The position numbers and the translations under genes are program-made. Below, in pieces: positions 35,320-48,929 of a stretch of 64,000 nt of DNA (positions within the stretch are counted from its first letter, which is position 1; every line of letters begins with the position of its first letter). This DNA is from the human T2T-CHM13v2.0 reference genome, Homo sapiens. Location: the NCBI RefSeq assembly GCF_009914755.1, contig NC_060926.1; one strand, written 5' to 3'. Under the pieces are notes generated by a model. That model saw nothing but the letters and a program-made list of their open reading frames with translations, searched no databases and was not told where the DNA came from.

Positions 35320-35850
35320 ACTGATATCTCCATTCTGGCAAAGGAAAACTTGAATAATTCTCAGCCCTGTGTGAGTTTTTACAATATTTCTGCTTATAGT
35401 TCTCTAGTAATATTCTTCTTCCACAAGTTAATTTTTGTCTGGCCTCATGGAGTTTTATGGTATGCATGTACAGATTAGTATTCAGCCGAGGATTCAAAGG
35501 AATACCAAGCAGCTTTTGGAATCTTTTTCTTTTTATAGTCAGCTTCTTTCTAGTACTTTTCCTCTCAAATTTTAGCCTCCTCCATATTACTGAATACTAA
35601 TCTGTCTCCTCAACTCAGTGAAATCTCTGGGTACTGTTTGAGATTACCCTTCCTTGTGGCCCATTTTGGAAACTGGCTTCAGACAGAAAGCTGAGGCAAT
35701 GACAGGACTAACCTCATTTGTTTCTACCTTCTCTTTGAAATCACAGTCCAACTCTGCTTATAAACCAATGTCTAAAAATAGTTACTTCATGTATTTTGTC
35801 TAGCTGTTTTTTACTACAGGATGTCAAGTTTGGATTATGTTACTCTCTTA
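35320..35850 (-). mobile_element. Probable old L1M 5'-region fragment
   Basis: cagattagtattcagccgaggattcaaagg...ctcaactcagtgaaatctctggg resembles the reverse of L1MC/MD 5' sequence. Confidence 0.45.
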
Positions 35851-36039
35851 AGCGAGGAAACAAAAGTTGATATAAATTTTTAGTTGAACATTTAGTTCAA
35901 ATTGTATTCATACATTTAGAGAAAACTATTAGAAAATAAATTAAAATTATTATTTGCAAACACTAGGAGAACTGAAATGCAAAGAAAAAAGAGAAAATTA
36001 AAAATTCAAAATGCAATAATTTAAAAACTCAGAAAATGC

Positions 36040-36716
36040 AAACAAAATAAATAGACAATAAATGTGAAGTGAATAGATTGAATTATCTGAGAAAAGTCAG
36101 TCATGCTTAGATTGGATTTAAAAATAAAACCACATGTTCTTTAAAAGATATAATGGATATAATCAAAATAGTAATCAAACGGTTTGAAAGTAAATGGTGA
36201 AATAATCTCATTCTTAATTCTGCTACATAGAAATATAGTCTTGTGTTATTTAAATGTTAACAATAAATTGAACAAAAGTCATGTTAAAACAGAAATAATA
36301 TTATTGGATAAGATTAAAACTAAGATACATTTCTCATAATACAATATACAAGACCCTTATCTCTAAAAAATAAAGGAAATAAAACATTAACAAATATTAA
36401 GAATTATAAAAATATAGCAAACATACCAATTATTACAATAAATGTAAATGGATAAAGCTCAAAACATCTGTGTTTGACATTAATAAAAGGCCATGTATAT
36501 GCTACCCACTCCTAAAAGATGCCACAGTAACTAGAGGTGTATAAAAACAATATTGGGTAAAAATATACCAATCAAACAAAAATTTTAAATGGCAATATTA
36601 ATATCAATAAATAGAATTCTAGAAAAATCAGGACAATAAATAATAAGTCAGTAAATCGCATGTAATTTAAAAAATAACAAAGATAGGGCTATTGCATTGA
36701 AAATATTAAAACTATG
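36040..36716 (+). mobile_element. Old L1M ORF2 endonuclease-region remnants
   Basis: Two degenerate copies of the acaataaatgtaaatgga motif that marks the L1 ORF2 start; A-rich. Confidence 0.45.
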
Positions 36717-36733
36717 AATTTATGATGCTTTCT

Positions 36734-36978
36734 TTTTTTAACATCTATTTTAGGTTCAGGGTTATATGTGCAGTTTGTTATATAGGTAAACTCATGTCAC
36801 AGGGCTTTGTTGTGCAGAATAGTTCATTACCCAGGTACTAAGCCTAATACCCAATAGTCCTTTGTTCTGATCCTCTATCTTCTCCCACCCTTCACCCTCA
36901 AATTGGCCCCTGTATCTGTTGTTCCCCTCTTTGTGTCCATGTGTTCTCATCATTTAGCTCCCACTTATAAGTGAGAAC
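36734..36978 (-). mobile_element. Short 5'-truncated L1PA (L1PA13-16-like) 3' end
   Basis: tttaggttcagggttatatgtgcagtttgttatataggtaaactc...catttagctcccacttataagtgagaac; 17-bp TSD aatttatgatgctttct / aattcatgatgctttct. Confidence 0.88.
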
Positions 36979-37189
36979 AATTCATGATGCTTTCTACTTC
37001 AAAATATAAACTGACTGAAGGCCAAGGGAAGGCGGAAATAATACACTGCAAAAATTAATAAATATCTCATTTCTATACTGTAAATTTATACAATACTAAC
37101 AAGATGAAGAAGTTACTATTTTTGAAGAGAGTAAGACATAGCAAATCAAAACACATGAGTTCCAGCAATTATGAGGATTTTGAGAAATA

Positions 37190-37445
37190 GTTAATAATAG
37201 CTAACATATTTTGAGTGCTTACCTAGTTTCATACAGTGTTCTAACCCTTTAAATGAATTTGAATTAAACTATTTAATTCTCAGGTAAAACAACATAAGAA
37301 AGGAAGATTTTACATAAGGAAACTGAGGCAGTGAGACGTTAAGTAATTTTTTCAAGGTTAAACAGATGGTAAGTGGCAGAACTGCAATTAGAAGAAAAAT
37401 CTGGCTCTAGAGTCTCTGTCCTAACCATTACACTGCACTACTTCT
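37190..37445 (-). mobile_element. MIR SINE
   Basis: aatagctaacatattttgagtgcttac...ggaaactgaggca...aagtggcagaactgcaattagaa. Confidence 0.8.
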
Positions 37446-37654
37446 CATTTAGAAGATTTTATGTGAAACTAAAAAGTAGGAAAAAAGCCAATTGCATAGA
37501 AAAATATATGAAAACTTTATGTGCTAGCTCAAAGAAAGATTTTAAGATCAGACAAATCTTACAAATAATTATTCTCCCAAACTTGCAAGGCTCTACTATC
37601 ATGTGATCAGGAATTAACACAAGCACCCAGAGAAAAACAATGCTATATTGGAAT

Positions 37655-37836
37655 AAAGGAAGCAAGGAGAGAGGGAGGGGGAGAGAAGAAGGAAGAAGGG
37701 AGAAAGGGAGGGAGGAAGGGAGGAACGGAGGAAGGGAGGAAGGGAGGGAGGGAGAGAGGGAGGGAAAAGAAAGAGAAGAAGAGAGAGGGAGGGAGGAAGG
37801 GATAAATAGGGGAAGGCAGAGAGGTAGGAAGATAAG
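37655..37836. repeat. GA-rich polypurine low-complexity tract (GGAA/GGGA)
   Basis: About 180 bp that are almost purely purine on the + strand. Confidence 0.92.
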
Positions 37837-38229
37837 AAGTGTACCCACAATAGCTAAATTTTAGTGTCAATAGATTTTGTTGCTGAAACAGTGAGGAGGA
37901 AAAATAATAAACATGATGGAAATGTATAAGAAATACATTCATGAAGTGATAGAAAATTAAAGAGATTTTACTGGAACAAAAGCCAGATGTAAGTAATGTC
38001 AGGATTTTCTTTGTGATGCTCATGTATTATAAGTATGCATTTATATTTATGTAATTATTATTAGTAATCCTTCAGTGTAGGAAACACTAATTTAAATCTG
38101 AAAAATGTTTAACCAGTAAGTACTGCTTTTAAATTGAAATAATTGTTTAAGTAATGGAATCTATAAAATCATAAGGTTTCTTAGGAAGGCAACTGTGGTA
38201 TTATGGCAGAACAGAATGTGTATGTCTTT

Positions 38230-39800
38230 ACCATAAATAAACAACTATGTCTAAAACTGACAGCAAACATAATACTTAAAAATAAATACCAAATAAGGTC
38301 ATCAAAAAGTTTATTGAGGAAAAAAAACCCTGACCCCTGCCATCATTATTTCTGAACACTTTCTGAACAAGTCATGTGATTAGAAACCAGAATTAAAAGT
38401 GTAATCAATGATAGAGCACAATTGTGTTAATTATTTATAGATGTCATCTTTACGACATAGAACAATCAGTAGAAACAAGTGAAAATTTATTATTAGATGA
38501 GAAAATAGCCAGATAAAAGATAAGCACACATAGAAATATTTACCTTCACAATGCCAATAACCAATTGCAAAGTAAGTTATAGAGTTTTCTCCACAAAAAA
38601 TGTGTTTGTTATGTTTGTGTATGTGTAGGTATAAATGTCTGTGTGTTTATACATGCATGTGTGTGTATGCATCAAGAAATAATACTTAAACAAAATCCCT
38701 TTCCCCACAATTACTTGTTGGCCACTTATCTTGTTTTTTCTTATAGCACCTAACGTGTCATATAATTGTTTAAAAAGTTATAATCTTTCTCCCCCAGAAT
38801 AACGAAAGCTCCAGGAGAGGATGATGTTTTTTCATTGCTCTGCTTAGTGACTGCCACACAGTGCACATTCAATAAATAATTGTGATGCTGGTTATTGTAG
38901 CAGGAATAAAGAATACCTTACAGATGTGTTCATCTCTATCCTAGTTGAATAATCTAAATATTGCAAAGATGCCAATCTAATATATTTAAAAATAGTTCTT
39001 TGGTGTCTCAATGAATACTTTATTTTTCAAATAGATAAAAAATATTCAGTATTACAACTAGAGAAAGAAACAGGAAGAAACCACTAAGAATAGGCTGGAA
39101 AAGAACAGAGTTGAAACTTTCTCTAGTAGATTTTAAGGTAATGTTTTCATTTGTGCCAAAATTAGCAGATGCATCAATGGTGTCTAATAAATAGCTCTAA
39201 AATTAATTCTAATCAAAATAAGAATTTAGCTAATGAAAAAGGAAAGATCACAGAATAATAAAAGAAGAACTGCTTATTCAATACATGGAATCAGGAAAAA
39301 ATTGAAGAAAAAATATATATTGATGTAAATCCTAAATATACTGAAAAATTAAACATAACATGAATATCATATAACATAAGGAGAAAACACAGATGAATAT
39401 TGAATGACTGTGGAATAGGAAAATGCTTTCCACACATTCAAAAAGGCAGAAACTTTGTATCAAAAATACCATAAATATTAAATATCAAAGAGGAAACTGA
39501 GAAAAATTTATTCTTATCAAACATTCAGGAGTTACCATTCTTAATATCAAATGAGCTCTTACAAATTAATATATTATCACAAATTAATATAGTAAGCATT
39601 ATAGTGAGAAATGTGCAACAATAATAGAAGCAAATAATTTGTGCATACACAAAAATTCAGATATCCAATAAATACATAAAAATTACTCAGCAATGGCATT
39701 TTACTTTTAATTTGCCAAGGAGTAAATGATTTTTAGAATTATTAATATTCGGTAATGGTTAGTGTGTAAGTGTGGGAGATGGGCAATAGTAGGCTAATAA
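38230..39800 (+). mobile_element. Very old L1M ORF2 remnants with an embedded L2 fragment (about 38720-38890)
   Basis: acagcaaacataatactt, tgcatcaatgg, ttattcaatacatgg, gagctcttacaaattaat; L2 3'-like aagctccaggagagg...cattcaataaata. Confidence 0.5.
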
Positions 39801-41315
39801 ATTTTAACAACTGGCTGTTATTGGCTGATATTTAAATTTAAAGTTAATGAGTAAGACAAGAGTAAAAAAAGGACAAAAGTCAGAATGTCACTCAATAAGA
39901 AAGCAACTTGTTTACATAGGATGATCAATTGTTTAAATAGTGGAGTAGATGAATTATCTGATCAAAGTTTACTACTACTCATAATGTAACCACTAAAGAT
40001 GTGACATATTTTAAATGTAAACCTGCATTATTAATATTTTCTCCATTGCTTTATTGAGACTTAACTGCAAAACAATAATTCAGACTCTGGTTTGTAGTAT
40101 TTGTTGTATTGCTGTAGTGAAATGATCCCACCATAGCTGATTTCAAACTGCTAATATGAAGTTGCTAAAAGACACACCATACTACCTCATTATATAGTAT
40201 TTCCACCAAACAGACACCCCAGATGTAAATATTAGAAAGTGATGGGTTTTATCGTATTATGGGGGAAACTGTGTGTTTTATTTAAACTGGAAGGAAATTG
40301 TATGTTATTTGATCTTATATTTGTAAGTTCTGTTGCATGTATATGTATTTGTGTGTGTGTGTTTATTCATGTGTATTTTGGGTTATGTATGTTTACATTT
40401 GTTTACCTAGGTAGTATATTTGTATACAATTTGAATGTCCCTATTTCCATTTTTCTGTTATTTTTCAAATTTTCTACAATTAGCAAGTACTTTTCAGTTA
40501 CCGCACAAATATTTACTATCTTGCAGCTCTTTCATTGTAAGCCTGAAAGAACTAATTCCTGTTAAACATATTTTGCTTCATGTCTTCCAGGTTTTAAGAG
40601 GGAGAGAAAAAGGGAGGATACCCCCAAAATACTATGTTATTCAAAAGATCAAGTGCTGCGAAATGTGTACATTTAGCTTAATTTTGCAAACTCTAAACAG
40701 ATTATAAATTCAATTTAAATAGCACACCAAGCCCAGTCCAGTCTCTACAGTCTTCCAAACCACATTTTTAGGCCCTTTACCAAATTAGAAGTGGTCTTGA
40801 ATTGCAAAATTGAGGTTTTTTTGATCCATTAAACTGAATGCTGCGTAACAGTCGTTATCCCTGAGAATGGTGTAGCATATATGCTGAATCTGTATTTCCA
40901 TATACATTTTTGCACATACTGATTATAGAGAAGGCAATAAGCTCTACTTTGTTTCATTAGTTCAGTAAAAGAGGTGTTCAGGATTATTCAGTATAATTCA
41001 CAGCACTTAAGAAAGCATGTATTTTCTTAATACTCTAAATCTATTGCTTTCAGTAGTAACTCAAGCATATTATGACTGGTTTGCTGTAGCACTGTCATTT
41101 TAAAATTGTGGTGGTACTATTTTCCCTCATTGTAACTGACCAATATAAGAATTGATTTAGTATAGTATTTTTATCAAAATTACTTTTTTATTAGGTGCAT
41201 TGTGTGCACCTAATACACAATGTTGTGATTGTTTGTACTGCTGTCATAGAGGAGGTATCTGTACTTTTAAACCAGTTATAACTTGAACTGTTTTTAAGCT
41301 GAAAACTGGTCAGCC

Positions 41316-41316
<1 letters not shown>

Positions 41317-41358
<42 letters not shown>
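41317..41358. repeat. (AC)21 microsatellite
   Basis: Perfect dinucleotide run, seen directly. Confidence 0.97.
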
Positions 41359-41360
<2 letters not shown>

Positions 41361-43239
41361 GTTTATGTGTGTGTATATATTTATCAGGAATGTGACTTTT
41401 ACCTAGTGAATTTTACCAAATGGCAGAATTTGGGATTTGTTTATTTTTGATAGTCAAAGAGATCAAATGTAAGTATTTTAATATTGCTAAATATTTCACT
41501 TCTCCATAGGCAGATGATTTTCCGAAAATATATATACCCCATATTATTAAAATTGCTGGAAACACATGATTTTCAATCCCTTATTACTGACAAGTTAGCT
41601 TCTCTGATATCCAATAATAAAAAGAATGCTGTTAAATATATTACTGATGTAGTTGTTCCTGGTGGAAGTTTTATCGTAAACAGAACTATCCATTTTAGAA
41701 TCAGAAACCAACATCCACTACATTAAAACAGAAAAAGCCTATTTTATCAGAGTTGCCCTCTGTTCTCAAAATTCACATCTAGTTGGCTGATGCTATCTTA
41801 GATAGCTACAAAGTAACTAGAGTATTCTTGAACATTGTTTAAACCTTTTTAGTTATCTCTGTTTAATCAATTTATGTTTTTATTTTCATATTCTTTTCTA
41901 CAGAGATCACTGTATCAGAAAGTTTGAGATACAATCTACTTTGTACACAGCATGGGATATGTATGTTGTAGTTTTACCTCTAGATATTTCATGCTTTTCA
42001 AATTAACTCTGCAAAGAGCAAGTGATGAAGGAGATCTGACTTCTACAAAATGACAAATACAGGTGAAGTGTTGCAAGTAGATAAAATTAGGCAAAATCAT
42101 TATGGTCATTACTTTCTTCAAGAAGGCTTAGATATGCCTCTGATTTTGGACAAAGGCTCAGTCTAACTAAAAAAACTAAGGTAATTTCATTAAAATTTAG
42201 TAGATTGTTGTAAAAAGTTGATCTTGGTTATTTGGAACTCAATAAGTAAAACAGAACAAAATAGACAAAACTCAACATGATGGCCAGAATTAATGGTTTT
42301 CTTGAAAGTTTAACATTCCCAGTGAAAATTAAAGGTACCTGGTAGCTCTATCATTTGAATTGTCCCATTAATTCCATAACAATTATTTATTTCATAGCAT
42401 TTTATAGCAGTGAAATAATGTGCCAACCATTAAATGTATGGCCAAAAGTTAATTAAATGTGTTTTCGAGTTAACAGATGACACAAGAGCCAAAATAAACT
42501 GAAAAGGCAAAAAGTTTAATTTAGTACTGGTCATTTAATTGAGTAGTGTCTATGAGTGAGAAATTTGTTTTTTATGGATATTTTAAACTCCTGGTAACAG
42601 AGAGACATCTAATTTACTAAATGTGAAGTCATCACATTTTAGCTCATATTGACTTTAAAGCATCAGACCGCTTTATTCCATTACAGTCTTGCTCAGCCCC
42701 GAGATAAAGAAAAAGACAGGTTGTGAAAAGTCTAGGAAATGACCACCATGCAGATTTCATGCTGTTGCAGAACAGAATGGAAACAAAATAAAACAAACAA
42801 AAAAAAGATTTGAAGAGAAAATGAGGAGTTTAACCAAACAAACAAAGTTTGCAGTTAAGGAAGAGGAATTAAAAGAAAATATTAAAAATGCATACACACA
42901 TAACATCTAGATAGTAGATAAAATCTCACACATGCCCAGCAACAACAGAAGCACCAGGTTTGATAATGAAAAAAGAAAAGGATGAATTAAATTTGATAAC
43001 TGACAAATGTGAAATGCCAATGGAATGTTCAAGTAGCAATATCTAGAAAGTAGTTGGTATTTTGAGAGAGAAAATTGGGCACATTCTAGAGTACAAGATA
43101 TATATATATAAGGTATACATTTTGAAAACAGAGATAAGTTGCAGCCTGGAGTTTTATTAAGAGTGATAAATTATTAGGGCTTATAGAAGAAGAAAAGCGA
43201 GCCATTGGCCCGCTCTTTCATTGTACACCCCTACATATT

Positions 43240-43700
43240 TGGAATGATATATGTTATCAATTACAGTGATTTTGCAAGAGCAATATATTGGAAACAAATG
43301 AAATGTTCATCAGTAGAGGAATGGTCAGATAAACTAGGATATAATAACAAAAGGACTCATTATGCAGTTTTTGGAGAGGTAGCAATATAATACAATTACC
43401 AGGATATATAGTTAAGTTAAAAAAAAAAAAAGGCGTGGAGCAGAATATTGCATGAAGTATATGAACCTTTGTGTAAAAAAGTTTGGGAAAGTAGAATATA
43501 TATTTTATTTGCTGGCATCTGAAAAAAAAGACAAGAAATATACAAAACTAATAAAGGTAGTCATACATGATGGAAAGGAAAAATGGGAAAAATAAGGACA
43601 GATTGGAAGAGAATCTTGTCAGTATACACCTTGTGACTTTTGTTTGTGAACCATGAAAATACATTTTTTATTAAAAAATGATAAATAAGACTTAAAAAAC
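43240..43700 (+). mobile_element. Old L1ME-like 3'UTR fragment, flanked by L2-like sequence
   Basis: ggaaacaaatgaaatgttcatcagtagaggaatggtcagataaact...tgaaccatgaaaataca. Confidence 0.6.
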
Positions 43701-45349
43701 ATATTGAATGTGAGAGACATGGAGACCACAAGAACAGATTCTCCAGGATGAAAATAAAGCATGAAGACAACACGAAAACCTCTCAAAACTGAGAGGTAAG
43801 AAAAGAACCAAGAGAATGAAATGTGTCAGGGTAGTTAGAGAATGTCTAGGAGGAAAAGAAGATCATTAGTATTTTCAAATGCTGCCAAAAGAATGTGGAT
43901 TATGAGACCTAAAGAGAACAAAGAGAACAAGGTAGAGGTCACCAATGACAAGCATTTTCCTTCCTATAGATAACACTGTTGGTGGCACAGTGCATCTACC
44001 TGTCTGTGTTGCCATTAGCATTTAAATGTTTGCCACATAGCAGCAAAGATTCTTTAGAACTAGTCACTAGATCCTGGTCTCCCTTCATTATTTTTATTAA
44101 AAATGCCCCATTTTAAAGTTAAAAAAAAACAAATAGTAAACCTGACAGATTAGAAAATAATTCTTATAAATAGTAAAATCTAACATTCATTTCAGCCTTT
44201 TCTTAAAAATAAAAAATAAAAGCCTATTTGGTATAAGAAAAAGTATTTTACATGAATGTTTTCTCCTGAAACTGTAGTTTTTTAGGAATAAAAAATAAAC
44301 ATTTTGGTGGAATGCTGAGGTCAGAAAGTTGAAACTAACTTTAAGGTAAAATTACCCCTTGAAAAGTTAATTTTATCCTGGCATATAGTTGATTAAAGTA
44401 AGATATAAGTATTGGGGATTTGATGAGGCTCTGGAATTTTAAAAGTGTAAACTAAAAAAAAAAAAAAAAAGTGAATCACTGAATCCATTTTTTTTCTGAA
44501 AATTTTCAGAAATTTATAAGCTACTAAAATTTTTAAGGAATTTATAAGCTACCAAAAAAAGTAATTTGGATTCTTTAGTTGAATGACCTATGATTTTTTT
44601 AATGCTACTATTGTTTTGTTGTAGCTGTTTTTAATTTTTAGTCTTTAAAATTATTCAGTTTTTTTGTGGGGAGAGAACATTTCCCTTTGAAACCATAATC
44701 TTGCTAAATATATGCTCTCTCTTCAACATGTTTTGTAAATGGTGAAAGCATTCACTAACTAGAAAAGGTGATACATAAAGGATTTCTTAATTAAGTAAAG
44801 TTTCCTAGATAATTCTCCTGTTACATCAAAGTAAACTAAAGCTTTCCCAAACTCAATCTCCAAAGGCAGGAAGTCATGGAATCATGAAAATATTTGCATA
44901 ATATTTACATTTGAATTGTTAATTTTATTTTGATTGTATTTTTAATTTTAAGTTAACTTTCTAAAAAATTTATTAAGTATAATAATTTTTGCATTTTAAA
45001 AAATGCTTTGTTGTTACGCCTGCTCTCCACTTAGATCCTCAAGTTCAAAGCTGTTTGGAACAGTTGGAAATTAACTGATCTGATCAACTGATTAGTCCTC
45101 AGATGTGAGTACCTCTTAATGGTTGAATTACTACCCTTTCTAGAGCAGCTGATACATGGTTTGCCTGACAGAAAAGACAAATGTTTGAAATTGATTTAGA
45201 AAGATTTGGGTATCATATAAACCATGGGTGGGAGACACAGTTTTCTTTTTTTTTTTTTTTTTTTGGAAACAGACTTTAATTCAAAATCATGGGAAGCCAT
45301 GCTTAAGTGCAGACCTTCAGATGACATTAAAGCAGAATGCATCAGGTGG

Positions 45350-48300
45350 GAGGACTTCTGGGAAGTAGATACACTTTTCCCTATTCTTTCCACTAAATAA
45401 AACTAAATCCCTGGACAACATATATGAAGCAAACAGTAACACCTCCCCAAGCAGTATAGGCAGAGACTACATGGCCTAGAGCGCCACACTCAACCAGAAG
45501 TAGGGAAATTTCTGACCATTCCTCATTTCTCCACCAGGAAGGCTTTAGAGCAGGAATAGTGGAAAGTCATGACTTTCATCAAGGAGTAATGAGATTTCCC
45601 CACCTACTCTGTGTGAGTGGAAGCCATGTGGGAGGCAGGAAGGAGGCACTCCAACCCCCGCCAGCCAGGAGGGTATCAGTGGAGACATAGTGGAGAGCCA
45701 GAATGCCGACCCACACCCAGCCGTAATGGAGTATAATGAAGCATATTGCCCACATTAATTGTGAAAGCAAGGTGAGTGAAGAATTGAATTTATATCCCAA
45801 CATGGCAGTAATAAGGCAGCACTCTCATTTTCCTGTTAGAGCACTGCCAGAGAAGTCAGCTGAAAGACAAGGTTTAAGAAAAATTTACTCATGATAGAAC
45901 ACCCAACATGTCAATGATTCCGTTGAAAATTACTTGTTATACTAAGAACCCAGAAGATATCAAACTGAAGGAAAAACGACAATGAATAGATGCCAACACA
46001 GAGATGAAAGAGATGTTAGAATTACTTGACAAAGATTTTAAAGCAATCATGAAAAAATGCTTCAATGAGCAATTATAAGCACACATGAAACAATGAAAAA
46101 AATAAAGACACAGCAAAGAAACAAATTCTTGGAAATAAGTAGACAATATAAAGAAGAAGCAGATGGAAATTTTAGAACTGAAAAATATAATAAAAACTCT
46201 AAACTGAAATTAAAAATTCTCAATAACAGAATAAAAGGCAAAAGGAAAGAATTCCTAAACTTAATGACGGAACAATACAAATGACCTAAATTCTGAAGAG
46301 CAGAGAGAAAATAGACAGGAAAAGGAAAATGAACAGAGCCTCAGGGATCTATAAGACTATAAAAAATTGATGTTCATGCCATTAGAGTTTCAGAAGGAGA
46401 GGAGAAAGAGGTAAGGTTAAAAACTTCTCAAAGAAATCATGGCTAAAGATTTCCGAAATTTGACAAAAGACATAAGCCTGAAGATTCAAAAAACTAAGCA
46501 AACCCCACATAAAATAAACTCAAAGGAATTCACGCCAAGACATATCGTAATAAACTTCTGAAACTAAAGACAAAAAAATCTTGATAATATCATGTGAGAA
46601 ATTACACCTTACCTATAGAGGGGAAAAAAATTGAATGGCAAAATTTATTGTCAAAAATCATGGAGGCAAGAAAAAAGTTGCACAACCGTAATAGCTAAAA
46701 CAATTTTGAAAAGGATACAGTGGAAGAAAGCATTCTACTTGATTTCCAGACTTATTATATAGCTACAGTAATGAAGACACATGTAATTGGCAAAGAAATA
46801 GAGACACAGATTAATTGACTAGAATACACAACTCAGAAATAGACCCACACAAATATGCCCAATTGATTTTGACAAAGGGGCAAAAACCTTCAATGGAGTC
46901 AAAATAGACTTTTCAACAAGTGGTGCTGGGGAAATTCAACATACATTGTTTAAAAAAATAAACCTTTACCTAAGTCTCACTCCTTATACAAATAAAAACT
47001 GAAAATGGGTCACATAATTGAATGTGAAATATAAAATTATAAATTTTTAGAAAAAACAGAAGAAAATCTTCCTGATCTATGTCTAAGTAAAGAGTGTTTT
47101 TGACTTGACAGCAAAATCACAATTCATGTAAGCAAACATTGATTAGATTTTATAAAAAATAAAGACTTTTTTTAAATGTGAAAGACCCTGTTAAAAGAAT
47201 GAAAAAACAAGCTACAGATTAGGAGAAAATATTTGCAAAACCATCTGAGGCAGGAGAAAGGATGGTAAATATTTGAAAATCATCTGGTAAAGGATAATTA
47301 TTTAGAATACTTAAAGAACTCTGAAAACTCAACATTTAAAAAAATGCCATTCGAAAACGGACAAAACCGGAAAAAGAGTATGCAGATGGAAAATAAGCAC
47401 ATGAAAAGATGTTCAACATCATTAACGATTAGAGAAATACAAATTAAACCACAATAAGATATTACTACGCACGTATCAAAGTAGCTAAATAAAATAATTA
47501 GTGACAACACCAAATGCCGAAGAGGATGTGGAAAACCAGATCACTCATTCATTGCTGGTAGGAATGTAAAGTGGTACAGGGATCATGAAAAATAGTTTGG
47601 CAGTGTCTTAAAATACTGAACATGCAGCTACCATATGACCCAGCAATTACACTCTGGAACATGTATCCTAGAGAAATAAAAACATGCTTACCCAGAAATC
47701 TATGCACAACTGCTTATAGTTTTCTTTTTAATAACCTGAAACTGGACACAACTTTAATGTCCTTCATCAGTTGAATAGTTAAACTAACTTGGTATGTCCC
47801 TACCATGGAATATTAGTTAGCAATAAAAAGAAACAAACCATTGACATATATAACAACTTGGATGAATCTCCAGATAATTACGCTAGGTGAAAAAACCCAA
47901 TCCCAAGATTTCACGTATATAAATTATTGAACTGACAAAGTTATAAAAATGGAAAAAGATTAGCTTTTTTCAAGGGCTAAGAAGAGGTGGTGATGGAAGG
48001 TAAGTGGATGTGGCTATAAAAGGGCAATATGAGGCACCCTTGTATCGATGAAAACATCTGTATCTTAACTAAATCAACTTCAAAATACTGGCTGTTATAT
48101 TTTACTACAGTTTAAGACATTACTTGCCAGGCCTGGTGGCTCACGCTTGTAATCCCAGCCCTTTGGGAAGCCAAGGCAGGTGGATCTCAAGGTCAGGTGT
48201 TCCAGACCAGCCTGACCAACATGATGAAACCCTGTCTGTACAAAAAATACAAAAATTAGCCGGGTATGGTGGTGTGCGCCTGTAATCCCAGGTACTCGGG

Positions 48301-48543
48301 AGGCTGAGGCAGGAGAATTACTTGAACCAGGGAGGCAGAGGTTGAGCTGAGATTGCACCATTGCACTCTAGCCTGAGTGACAGAGGGAGACTCCATCTCA
48401 AAAAAAAAAAAGGAAAAAAATTTTAAACAGACATTACCATTGTGGAATAGCTAGGTAAAGGACACAGGAGTTATTGCTACGTTATTTCTTACAACTGCAT
48501 GTGAATCTATAATCATCTCAAAATGAAAAGTTTAATTTAAAAA
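45350..48543 (+). mobile_element. L1MC-like element: 5' region, ORF1 part, internal deletion, ORF2 3' end and 3'UTR
   Basis: ORF1-like gaacagagcctcagggatct and ttacctatagagggg; ORF2-like gaaatagacccacacaaatatg; 3' end ttcttacaactgcatgtgaatctataatcatctcaaaat. Confidence 0.82.
48125..48420 (+). mobile_element. Alu (AluS, Sg-like)
   Basis: Dimeric Alu; TSD-like agacattac at 48115-48123 and 48429-48437. Confidence 0.92.
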
Positions 48544-48544
48544 A

Positions 48545-48740
48545 GAAGAGAGTTCCTGCCTGGCTGCCTCCAAACTGGGACATTAGCCTTTTCCAGCCTT
48601 TGTACTTGAATTGAATCATCAGCTCATCCTGAGTCTTGAGCCTGCTGGCTGTCACACTGGAACTACATCTTAGGCTTTCCTGGGTTTTCAACTGATCAGC
48701 TCACTCTGGTGATCTTGGGAATTGTCTGCCTCCATAACTG
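48545..48740 (+). mobile_element. MLT2 (ERVL) LTR fragment
   Basis: aactgggacatt...tcttgagcctgctggct...actggaactaca...gatcttggga...gcctccataa. Confidence 0.65.
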
Positions 48741-48929
48741 GGAAAGTCTAACTGCAGCATTCTGGAGGTCAGCCTGTCTGCATGCAGACTATCCAGAAAG
48801 GAAACTTGTTAAGTTGGTATAAGATCTTAAAAAGGAAACAATATTCCACTGAATATTCACCAACAAAAGGAAAACATCTATTTAACAGAAGGTCCAAGGT
48901 ATTGTGGGAACAGAGACCTAGACCCTCCA

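Noticed and set aside
37459-38023. Pro/Ser/Leu-rich and Arg/Glu/Gly-rich ORFs
   Set aside because: Translations of the GA-rich low-complexity tract.
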